Below are positions 29,026 through 37,130 of a DNA stretch of 64,000 nt, in pieces. Below the pieces are notes generated by a model. The model ran no database searches. It was not told the origin of the DNA and worked only from the letters and a program-made list of their open reading frames with translations. Position 1 is the first letter of the stretch; each line of letters begins with the position of its first letter. A program made the position numbers and the translations under genes. Origin of the DNA: an uncultured Acidimicrobiales bacterium (GTDB lineage Bacteria > Actinomycetota > Acidimicrobiia > Acidimicrobiales > VFJN01); NCBI GenBank assembly GCA_963842015.1, contig CAWJFG010000016.1:11059-75058 (forward strand), in the 5' to 3' direction.

Positions 29026-29052
29026 GGTGCCCTGCCCCTGCGGCGGGGCACC
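29026..29052 (+). terminator. Hairpin GGTGCCC..GGGCACC downstream of the first iniB-like gene
   Basis: It has a 7-bp GC stem and a 12-nt loop with no T tract, which is common in high-GC Actinobacteria. Confidence 0.4.
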
Positions 29053-29189
29053 GTCGCGTTCGGCCTCGCGGCGCTTGACGCTGCGACTACGGTTGCGCCC
29101 GCACAGCCTCCGGCCGCCGCGACTGGGCGGGGCGCCGGGGGTGGTGCGGTGGGGCGGCGCGATCCCCTAGGGGAGGTTCGGTCGGGCAC

Positions 29190-29232
29190 GGGGTGATCCC
29201 CGATTCCCGACTGACGACCCCACCGTACGTTG
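29190..29232 (+). promoter_or_regulatory. Conserved bipartite box GGGGTGATCCCC-N22-CGTACGTTG (copy 2 of 3)
   Basis: See 28128-28170. It lies about 97 nt upstream of ATG 29287. Confidence 0.55.
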
Positions 29233-29286
29233 CTGACACACACGGTCGCTCGAGAGGCGGGTGGCCCGACAACCAGGAGCGAACCA

Positions 29287-30474
29287 ATGTCCCTCTTCGA
29301 CACCCTGCTCGGCATCTTCACCGACGACGACACGAACACCGAGTTCAACCAGAACCCGTCGGGCTTCCTGAACCAGAACGGGCTCGGGAACGTGACGAGC
29401 CAGGACATCGAGGCCGAGATGCCCCGGGTCCTCGAGGCGATCCAGGGCAACAGCGGCGGTGCGACCCAGGGTGGGGTCGCCAACTTCGCCGGCAGTGGCA
29501 ACGTCACGCTTCCCCCGCCGCCCGTGGGTGGCGGCGAGGGCGGCGGCGAGGGCGGCCTGGCGGGCGCCATCGAGTCGATCAACCACTACACCGACGTCGT
29601 CAACGTCACGAACCAGCAGTTCCAGGACAACGACGTCACCAACATCGACGACTCCGACACCACCGTCGACGCCTCGGTCAACCAGAACATCACCGCCTTC
29701 GGCGATGTGAACCAGGACTTCGACCAGGACGTCGTGACCGGAGACGGGGCCGTGGCCGCCGGCGACAACGCTCAGGTCAACACCGGCGACGGGGCCGTGC
29801 AGGCCGGCGACGACATCGAGGACTCGAACGTCGTCACCGGCAACGTCACCGACTCGGTCCTCGCCGACGACATCAGCGACTCGGTCGTGGGCGACGGCAA
29901 CCAGGTGATCGACGACTCCACGGTCGGCGCGGCCAGCTTCGGCGAGGGCGACGCCACCAACGTCGAGGCCGACAACGCCGTGCTGGGCGACGGCACGCTC
30001 GTCGACGGCGGCAGCGGCGACATCACGCTGAACCAGGGCGAGGGCGACCTCACGCAGATCGACGACTCGACGCTGAGCGAGTCGGTGGTCGGCGACGGCA
30101 CCGTCCAGTCGAACGACGTCACCATCGACGCCGACGACGGCAGCTCGGTCGCCTTCGGCGACGGGTCCACCGCCACCGCCGAGACGCAGGACGTCGACAT
30201 CGACGGCAACTACGGCACCGTCCAGGTCGCCGACGACGCCACGCAGACGGCCAGCACCGACAACTCGGTCAACGACAGCGGCAACCTCGATGCGTCGGTG
30301 AACGACAGCGGCAACATCGATGCCTCCGTGAACGACAGCTACAACATCGAGGACAGCTTCGACACGGCCGACAGCTTCAACACCGACAACTCGGTCGACG
30401 ACAGCGGCAACATCGACGACAGCTTCAACCCCCAGACCACGGTCGAGGACAACGACGTCGTCGACCTCCTCTGA
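29287..30474 (+). CDS. IniB-N-terminal-domain protein with an Asp/Asn/Val/Gly repeat (beta-solenoid-like) body
   Basis: AGGAG is the RBS. It reads MSLFDTLLGIFTDDDTNTEFNQNPSGFLNQNGL, then repeated GDGAV.AGD / DNSVNDSGN.DAS motifs. It has no signal peptide. Confidence 0.65.
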   Translation: MSLFDTLLGIFTDDDTNTEFNQNPSGFLNQNGLGNVTSQDIEAEMPRVLEAIQGNSGGATQGGVANFAGSGNVTLPPPPVGGGEGGGEGGLAGAIESINHYTDVVNVTNQQFQDNDVTNIDDSDTTVDASVNQNITAFGDVNQDFDQDVVTGDGAVAAGDNAQVNTGDGAVQAGDDIEDSNVVTGNVTDSVLADDISDSVVGDGNQVIDDSTVGAASFGEGDATNVEADNAVLGDGTLVDGGSGDITLNQGEGDLTQIDDSTLSESVVGDGTVQSNDVTIDADDGSSVAFGDGSTATAETQDVDIDGNYGTVQVADDATQTASTDNSVNDSGNLDASVNDSGNIDASVNDSYNIEDSFDTADSFNTDNSVDDSGNIDDSFNPQTTVEDNDVVDLL

Positions 30475-30522
30475 TCCTCGGTCGGCACGGCCGACCCGGA
30501 TCGACCGAATGAACGCCGCCAT

Positions 30523-30545
30523 GGCCCCCGGCACCGCCGGGGGCC
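30523..30545 (+). terminator. Hairpin GGCCCCCGG-CACCG-CCGGGGGCC
   Basis: A 9-bp perfect stem lies about 50 nt after the 30474 stop. Confidence 0.5.
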
Positions 30546-30597
30546 GAGGCGCGTGTTCCGGCGACGTCGACCATCCCCCGACAGGGTCCGGGGACAC

Positions 30598-30640
30598 GGG
30601 GTGATCCCCCATGTGCCCGACCGCCGGGCGTCGTACGTTG
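30598..30640 (+). promoter_or_regulatory. Conserved bipartite box GGGGTGATCCCC-N22-CGTACGTTG (copy 3 of 3)
   Basis: See 28128-28170. It lies about 104 nt upstream of ATG 30702. Confidence 0.55.
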
Positions 30641-30701
30641 CGATCACGGCCTCCCGAGCGGGCGAGGCACAAGCAGAGCACGAGCACAGGGAGTGCCAGA
30701 C

Positions 30702-31934
30702 ATGAGCGTCATCGACCTTCTCCTCGACCTGTTCCGCAGCGAAGAGTCGCAGGAGTCCCTCGCCAACGACCCGACCACGTTCCTCAACGAGAACGCACCC
30801 GAGGGCCTCACGGCCGAACAGGTGCTGGCGGCGATGCCCGGCGTGTGCGCCGCGCTGCCGCCCGAGCAGGCCGAGTCGCTGCGCACGGCCTACGGGCTCT
30901 CGAGCGTCGGCGCCTCCGAGGCCGCCTCCGGCGGCGCCGGCGGCGGCGGGGCCTTCGACATCGACCCCTCGGGCGGGCCCGCGGGGCCGCCTCCGGTCGA
31001 CCCGGGTGACAACCCGGTCGAGCAGGTGCTGCAACAGCTCAACTACTACACGACCGTCGTGAACACGACGAACCAGACGTTCGAGGACAACGACGTCACC
31101 AACATCGACGACTCCGACACCACCGTCGACGCCTCGGTCAACCAGAACATCACCGCCTTCGGCGATGTGAACCAGGACTTCGACCAGGACGTCGTGACCG
31201 GCGACGGGGCCGTGGCCGCGGGCGACGACGCTCAGGTCAACACCGGCGACGGGGCCGTGCAGGCCGGCGGCGACATCGAGGACTCGAACGTCGTCACCGG
31301 CGACGTCGAGGGCTCGGTCCTCGCCGACGACATCAGCGACTCGGTCGTGGGCGACGGCAACCAGGTCATCTCCGACTCGACCGTCGGCGCGGCCACGTTC
31401 GGCGAGGGCGACGCCACCAACGTCGAGGCCGACAACGCCGTGCTGGGCGACGGCACGCTGGTCGACGGCGGCAGCGGCGACATCGCTCTGAACCAGGGCG
31501 AGGGCGACCTCACGCAGATCGACGACTCGACGCTGAGCGAGTCGGTGGTCGGCGACGGCACCGTCCAGTCGAACGACGCCGACATCACCGCCGACGACGG
31601 CAGCTCGGTCGCCTTCGGCGACGGGTCCACCGCCACCGCCGAGACGCAGGACGTCGACATCGACGGCAACTACGGCACCGTCCAGGTCGCCGACGACGCC
31701 ACGCAGACGGCCAGCACCGACAACTCGGTCAACGACAGCTACAACGTCGATGCGTCGACGAACGACAGCTTCAACACCGACGTGTCGACCAACGACAGCT
31801 ACAACGTCGAGGACAGCTTCGACACCGCCGACAGCTTCAACACCGACAACTCGGTCGACGACAGCGGCAACGTCGACGACAGCTTCAACCCCCAGACCAC
31901 GGTCGAGGACAACGACGGGATCGACGTCGTCTAG
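30702..31934 (+). CDS. IniB-N-terminal-domain protein, paralogue of 29287-30474
   Basis: It reads MSVIDLLLDLFRSEESQESLANDPTTFLNENAPEGLTAEQV. The body is near-identical to the preceding gene. For example, 31086-31201 is identical to 29626-29741. Confidence 0.65.
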   Translation: MSVIDLLLDLFRSEESQESLANDPTTFLNENAPEGLTAEQVLAAMPGVCAALPPEQAESLRTAYGLSSVGASEAASGGAGGGGAFDIDPSGGPAGPPPVDPGDNPVEQVLQQLNYYTTVVNTTNQTFEDNDVTNIDDSDTTVDASVNQNITAFGDVNQDFDQDVVTGDGAVAAGDDAQVNTGDGAVQAGGDIEDSNVVTGDVEGSVLADDISDSVVGDGNQVISDSTVGAATFGEGDATNVEADNAVLGDGTLVDGGSGDIALNQGEGDLTQIDDSTLSESVVGDGTVQSNDADITADDGSSVAFGDGSTATAETQDVDIDGNYGTVQVADDATQTASTDNSVNDSYNVDASTNDSFNTDVSTNDSYNVEDSFDTADSFNTDNSVDDSGNVDDSFNPQTTVEDNDGIDVV

Positions 31935-31948
31935 CCCGGCCCGACCGG

Positions 31949-31979
31949 GTGCCGGCGGCCCATCTGCGGCCGCCGGCAC
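31949..31979 (+). terminator. Hairpin GTGCCGGCGGCC-CATCTGC-GGCCGCCGGCAC
   Basis: A 12-bp perfect stem lies directly after the 31934 stop. Confidence 0.55.
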
Positions 31980-32041
31980 CGGCGTGCCGGGCCTCGATCC
32001 GTGTGCGTTAACTTGGTTGGTCACCCAAGGGAGCACCAGTC

Positions 32042-33922
32042 ATGGCGGGAGACCCGAACGCCGGCGCACGGTCGCCGGCTGTCCAGAGCGCCCTCAGCGT
32101 CGTCGACCTGGGGCGGCAGGCGAGCACCGCGTACGCGCGCCCCGACCTCACGGCACGCCTCGCCACCACGCGCAAGCGCCTGGCCGACCCGGCGTTCCAC
32201 GTGTTCGTCATCGGCGAGTTCAAGCAGGGGAAGTCGTCGCTGGTCAACGCCCTGCTGAACGCCCCGGTCTGCCCGGTCGACGACGACATCGCCACCTCCG
32301 TCCCCACCGCCATCCGCTTCGGCGAGCCGCCGGCGGCGGCCGTGCTGTTCGACCCGGGCGGCGATCCGTCCGACCCCGACCGCGAGCCCATCCGTGAGGA
32401 GATCGCGGTCGACCGCGTCGCCGGATACGTCACCGAGGCCGCCGACCCCGAGGGCGAGCGGCAGGTGAGCTCCGTCGAGGTGTCGCTGCCCCGCAAGCTG
32501 CTCAGCGACGGCCTCGTCATCGTCGACACGCCGGGGGTGGGCGGGCTGGGCTCGGCGCACAGCGCGGCCACGATCGGCGCCCTGCCGATGGCCGACGCCG
32601 TCGTGTTCGTGTCCGACGCCAGCCAGGAGTTCACCGGCCCCGAGCTCGAGTTCCTCCAGACGGCCCGGCGCATGTGCCCGAACGTCGTGTGCGTCCAGAC
32701 CAAGATCGACTTCTACCCCGCGTGGCGCAAGATCCGCGACCTCAACGTGGGCCACCTCGCGCGGCAGGGCGTGGACGCCGAGATCCTGTGCGTGTCGTCG
32801 TCGTTGCGCATCCACGCGCTGCGGGCCAACGACCGCGAGCTCAACCGCGAGTCGGGGTTCCCCCAGCTCGCCAACTACCTGCAGAACACCATCGCCGCCA
32901 ACGCCGAGCGCCTCAGCGTGCGGGCGGCGGCCAACGACGTCGTGGCCGTGGCCGCCATGCTCGAGGCGCAGTTCCAGAGCGAGCGCCAGGCCCTCGACGA
33001 CCCCGACCAGGCCCAGCAGATGGTCGCCAACCTCACCGAGGCGAAGGCCAAGGCCGAGCGGCTCAAGAGCGGCGTGTCCAAGTGGCAGCAGACGCTCAGC
33101 GACGGTGTGATCGACCTGCAGGCCGACGTCGACCACGACCTGCGCGGCCGCCTCCGCCAGGTGACCCGCCAGGCCGACGAGGCGCTCGAGGCCAGCGACC
33201 CCGGCGAGACGTGGGACGACTTCCAGGCCTGGCTCTACCGACGGGTGGCCGAGGACGTCGTCCACAACTACACGTTCCTCCACTTCCGGGCGCAGGAGCT
33301 CACGGCCCGGGTGGCCGAGCACTTCGGCGAGGACGGCGTCGACATCGTCGTCGACCTCGACGTCGCCAACCCCACCGAGGTGCTGACCACCGTCGACGCC
33401 AACACCGACGTCGACATGCGCAAGATGGGCGTCGGCACCCAGGGGATGGCCGCCCTGCGAGGGAGCTACGGCGGCCTGCTCATGTTCGGCATGCTCGGCC
33501 GCATGGCCGGGCTGGCGATGGCCAACCCGGCCACGATCATCATCGGGTTGTTCATGGGTCGCTCCGCCCTCAAGGGCGAGAAGGATCGCCAGCTCCAGAT
33601 GCGCCGCGGCCAGGCGCGCCAGGCCCACCGCAAGTACACCGACGAGGTCAGCTTCGTCGTGGGCAAGGACTCCCGCGACACGTTGCGCCGCGTGCAGCGG
33701 CGGATGCGCGACTTCTTCGCGGCCCGTGCGGAGGAGCTGCACCGCTCGACCACCGAGGCCCTCGCCGCCGCTCAGCAGGCGGTGAAGTCCGACGCGTCCA
33801 CCCGGCAGAAGCGCCTGCGTGACGTCGACGCCGAGCTCAAGCGCATCGGCGTCCTCCGCGACAAGGCGTACGCCCTCGCGCCCGATCTGAAGCCGGCCAC
33901 GAGCAAGGGAGCGGCGTCGTGA
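32042..33922 (+). CDS. Dynamin-like GTPase (IniA/DynA-type bacterial DLP)
   Basis: It has the P-loop VIGEFKQGKSSLVNALL, G2-G3 motifs IVDTPGVGG, long helical stalk segments, and a hydrophobic paddle GGLLMFGMLGRMAGLAMANPATIIIGLFMG. Confidence 0.8.
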   Translation: MAGDPNAGARSPAVQSALSVVDLGRQASTAYARPDLTARLATTRKRLADPAFHVFVIGEFKQGKSSLVNALLNAPVCPVDDDIATSVPTAIRFGEPPAAAVLFDPGGDPSDPDREPIREEIAVDRVAGYVTEAADPEGERQVSSVEVSLPRKLLSDGLVIVDTPGVGGLGSAHSAATIGALPMADAVVFVSDASQEFTGPELEFLQTARRMCPNVVCVQTKIDFYPAWRKIRDLNVGHLARQGVDAEILCVSSSLRIHALRANDRELNRESGFPQLANYLQNTIAANAERLSVRAAANDVVAVAAMLEAQFQSERQALDDPDQAQQMVANLTEAKAKAERLKSGVSKWQQTLSDGVIDLQADVDHDLRGRLRQVTRQADEALEASDPGETWDDFQAWLYRRVAEDVVHNYTFLHFRAQELTARVAEHFGEDGVDIVVDLDVANPTEVLTTVDANTDVDMRKMGVGTQGMAALRGSYGGLLMFGMLGRMAGLAMANPATIIIGLFMGRSALKGEKDRQLQMRRGQARQAHRKYTDEVSFVVGKDSRDTLRRVQRRMRDFFAARAEELHRSTTEALAAAQQAVKSDASTRQKRLRDVDAELKRIGVLRDKAYALAPDLKPATSKGAAS

Positions 33923-35403
33923 CCCCGTCCACCTCGGCGGCGCTGCTCGACAGCGTCCGCGGACTGCTCGAGCACGCGACGCGGTCGTATGCCGCCACGC
34001 CCGCGGCCGTCCAGCGCCTCCAGGCCGTGCTCGACCGGCTCGACGAGCCGCTGCGCGTCGCCATCGCCGGCAAGGTCAAGGCCGGCAAGTCGACGCTGCT
34101 GAACGCCCTGGTGGGCGAAGAGCTCGCCCCCACCGACGCGGGCGAGTGCACCCGCATCGTGACCTGGTACCGCGACGGCATCACCTACCGGGCGACGCTC
34201 GAGCCGACCCAGGGCGAGCCCCGCCAGGTGCCGTTCACCCGCGACGGCGGCGCCATCTCGATCGATCTCGGCGGCACCGAGCCCGGCGAGATCACGCGGC
34301 TCGTCATCGAGTGGCCGTCGTCGTCGCTGCGACAGATGACGCTCATCGACACGCCGGGCATCGCCTCGCTGTCGACCGACGTCTCGGCCCGCACCACCGC
34401 CTTCCTCACCCCGGGCGAGGACCAGGTCACCCCCGCCGACGCGGTGCTGTACCTGATGCGCCACCTCCACGCCTCCGACATCAACTTCCTCGAGGCGTTC
34501 CACGACGAGGAGTTCTCGCAGGCCACACCGGTCAACGCAGTGGCCGTGCTGTCCCGCGCCGACGAGGTGGGCGTCGGTCGCATCGACTCGATGGCGTCCG
34601 CGCAGCGCATCGCCGGCCGGTACCGCCAGGACCCCAAGGTCCGGCGCCTGGCCCAGACGGTCGTGCCCGTGGCGGGCCTGCTCGCCCAGTCGGGTGCCAC
34701 CCTGCGCGAGGCCGAGTACAAGGCGCTCGACGCCATCGCCTCGGCGCCGCGGGACGACGCCGAGGCCCTGTTCCTGTCGGCCGACCGGTTCGTGCAGGCC
34801 GAGACGCCGATCCCGCTCACGTCGATGGAGCGCGAGCACCTGCTCGACCGGTTCGGCCTGTTCGGGGTCCGACTCGCGGTGGCCCTCATCCGGCAGGGGG
34901 CGGCCGCCACCGCCACCGCCCTGTCCACCGAGCTGGTCCGCCGCAGCGGCCTGGTCGAGCTGCGCGACGTGCTGCTCAGCCAGTTCGCCCAACGCCGTGA
35001 CGTGCTCAAGGCTCGGTCGGCGCTGCTGGCCCTCGAGTCGGTGCTGCACGAGCACCCCGTGTCCGACCGGGACGTGCTGGCGTCCGAGCTCGAGCGCATC
35101 ACCGCCGCGGCCCACGAGTTCGCGGAGATCCGGTTGCTCAACGCGCTGCGGGCCGGAGGCGTGAAGGTCAAGCCCGCCGAGGCCACCGAGATGGAGCGCC
35201 TGCTGGGCGCCGAGGGCACCGCGATGCACGTGCGCCTCGGCCTCAGCCCCGAGGCAGACACGTCCGAGGTGCGGCGGGCCCTCGGCAACGCCATCGGGCG
35301 CTGGCAGCGCCGGGCCGAGAGCCCGATGTCCTCGCGTGAGGTGGCCGACGCGGCGAGAGTGGTGATACGTACCTGCGAAGGGCTGCTCGTCTCGCTGGGG
35401 TGA
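33919..35403 (+). CDS. Dynamin-like GTPase (IniC/DynB-type)
   Basis: It has the P-loop AIAGKVKAGKSTLLNALVG and LIDTPGIAS. It overlaps the upstream stop by 4 nt. Confidence 0.8.
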   Translation: MTPSTSAALLDSVRGLLEHATRSYAATPAAVQRLQAVLDRLDEPLRVAIAGKVKAGKSTLLNALVGEELAPTDAGECTRIVTWYRDGITYRATLEPTQGEPRQVPFTRDGGAISIDLGGTEPGEITRLVIEWPSSSLRQMTLIDTPGIASLSTDVSARTTAFLTPGEDQVTPADAVLYLMRHLHASDINFLEAFHDEEFSQATPVNAVAVLSRADEVGVGRIDSMASAQRIAGRYRQDPKVRRLAQTVVPVAGLLAQSGATLREAEYKALDAIASAPRDDAEALFLSADRFVQAETPIPLTSMEREHLLDRFGLFGVRLAVALIRQGAAATATALSTELVRRSGLVELRDVLLSQFAQRRDVLKARSALLALESVLHEHPVSDRDVLASELERITAAAHEFAEIRLLNALRAGGVKVKPAEATEMERLLGAEGTAMHVRLGLSPEADTSEVRRALGNAIGRWQRRAESPMSSREVADAARVVIRTCEGLLVSLG

Positions 35404-37058
35404 GCGGCGACGGCGGAAGGTTCACGGGGGAGGGGAACGCGCAGGTGTCCACGCAGCACGAGGGCGACCGCGACGCGCCTGCGGACGCTGACGGCGACCG
35501 CGCCGGAGACGGGGACGGGGACGGACCCGATCCCGACGCGGCCACGGTCTCTCCCGAGGACTGGCACGAGACCGAGCGTTGGCTCGACGAGTGGACCCGG
35601 CCCTCCGCCGATCCCGGCGCCGGCGACGAGGAGAGCGCCCAGGACGGCGACCCGGCCGCCACCACGGCGGATGCCCCCGACGGGCTCGCCCCCGAGGGGG
35701 AGCCCGTGGCTGCCGGGTTCTGGCCTCAGGAGTACAAGCCCCCGCCCTCGCCTGCCTACGCGCCCGGCGGCCCGCCGTCCCCGCAGTTCACCCGCTCGAC
35801 CCCGGCGCCCCGCCCGGCCGCGCCGACGCCGGCCTCGCCGCCGACACCGCCTCCACCCCCGCCCGACGCCGGGTTGCGCGCCGCCCCGGTCTCCCGCGGG
35901 CGCCAGCGTGCCGGACAGCTGCTGTTCGCAGGCCTCGCCCTGGCGGTGGCGGCTCTGGCGTCGGTCACCCTGCTCATGATCGACGGCGACGACAGCCCCC
36001 GGACGGTAGCGCTCGGCGAGGTCTGGGCGGCCGGGGCGGGGGCGACCGTCCGCTCCGGCGCCGCCTCACGGCCCCTCGAGGCCGGCGAGCAGATCGTGTC
36101 CGGCGACGTCGTCCAGGCAGCCTCGGCGGGAGCGGTCACGGTCGACCTCGAAGGCGGCGGTGTCGTGCGCTTCGACACCGGCGCGAGCGTCACGTTCATC
36201 GACGACGCCATCGACGCCGAGACGGGCGAGCGTGACGGCGACAGCGAGCCGGCGCTGCAGATCCTCGCCGGGCGGGCATGGGTCAACCCCGCCGACGGCA
36301 CCACCGTCGAGGTGCGGCTCCCGGGGGGCCGGGCGACCACGGTGGCCAACCCGTTGGCGATCGAGTGCCCTGGCGACTGCACGCTCCACGCCCCGGCGGC
36401 GGGGGTCGACATCGACAGCGACGGCGGGGGCGACGCGGCGCCGATCCCGAGCGAGATCGTGACCCTGCGGCCCGACGGCGGCATGAGCCTCGCCGTCGAT
36501 TCGCCCGAGACGGCGTGGGCGCAGCAGAACCTCGACGCCGACCGGAGCGCGGGCCTGCCCGACGCCGAACCGGGCGACGACCCCGGCGTCGTGGCGTCGG
36601 CCGTGTTCGACGGCGTGTACCCGTTCCGCATCGACGTCACGGGCGCGCCGACCGGCGACCCGCTGCCCGAGGCTCTGATCTACGGCGCGGGCGAGAGCTA
36701 CTCGCTCGAGCTGCACGCCGACGGCAGCGCCTGCCCGCCGACCTCCTGCGAGCTGCCGGTGACCGCGGCCGACGGCGCCACCGGGACGGCCGACGTGGGT
36801 GACGGCACCCTCACGGTCAGGTTCACCCAGCCCATCAACTGCTACGACGAGTCACGCGACAACGTGGTCGTCGCCGGCATCGGCACGACCACGGTCACGG
36901 CCGAGCTGGCGGTGGGCGGCGTGACCCAGGACGGTCCTCGCTGGCGCGTCCTCACCTCGTCGGGCGCGGGCACCGTGTCGACGACGCTCACGACGCCGTG
37001 CAACCCCGGCGACGTGCTCGGCACGTCCTCGTCGTCCACCTCTGTCGCCCTCGGCTGA
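35400..37058 (+). CDS. Single-pass membrane protein with an acidic/Pro-rich cytoplasmic N-terminus and a FecR-like extracytoplasmic domain
   Basis: The GTG start overlaps the DLP stop (GTGA). The TM segment is LLFAGLALAVAALASVTLLMI. VSGDVVQAASAGAVTVDLEGGGVVRFDTGASVTF resembles the FecR sensor fold. The domain call is tentative. Confidence 0.55.
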   Translation: MSGDGGRFTGEGNAQVSTQHEGDRDAPADADGDRAGDGDGDGPDPDAATVSPEDWHETERWLDEWTRPSADPGAGDEESAQDGDPAATTADAPDGLAPEGEPVAAGFWPQEYKPPPSPAYAPGGPPSPQFTRSTPAPRPAAPTPASPPTPPPPPPDAGLRAAPVSRGRQRAGQLLFAGLALAVAALASVTLLMIDGDDSPRTVALGEVWAAGAGATVRSGAASRPLEAGEQIVSGDVVQAASAGAVTVDLEGGGVVRFDTGASVTFIDDAIDAETGERDGDSEPALQILAGRAWVNPADGTTVEVRLPGGRATTVANPLAIECPGDCTLHAPAAGVDIDSDGGGDAAPIPSEIVTLRPDGGMSLAVDSPETAWAQQNLDADRSAGLPDAEPGDDPGVVASAVFDGVYPFRIDVTGAPTGDPLPEALIYGAGESYSLELHADGSACPPTSCELPVTAADGATGTADVGDGTLTVRFTQPINCYDESRDNVVVAGIGTTTVTAELAVGGVTQDGPRWRVLTSSGAGTVSTTLTTPCNPGDVLGTSSSSTSVALG

Positions 37059-37130
37059 CCCCGGCGCACCCTCGGGTCGGACGGGCTCGGTCACCGGGCC
37101 CGCGCCGAGGCCGCGGCACCGCCGCGACCG

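Noticed and set aside
29167-32036. Two long minus-strand ORFs (506 and 565 aa) opposite the iniB-like repeat genes.
   Set aside because: GAC/GTC/GGC-rich repeats are open on both strands. The plus-strand frames have an RBS, the IniB-type N-terminal domain and terminator hairpins. The minus-strand frames have none of these.
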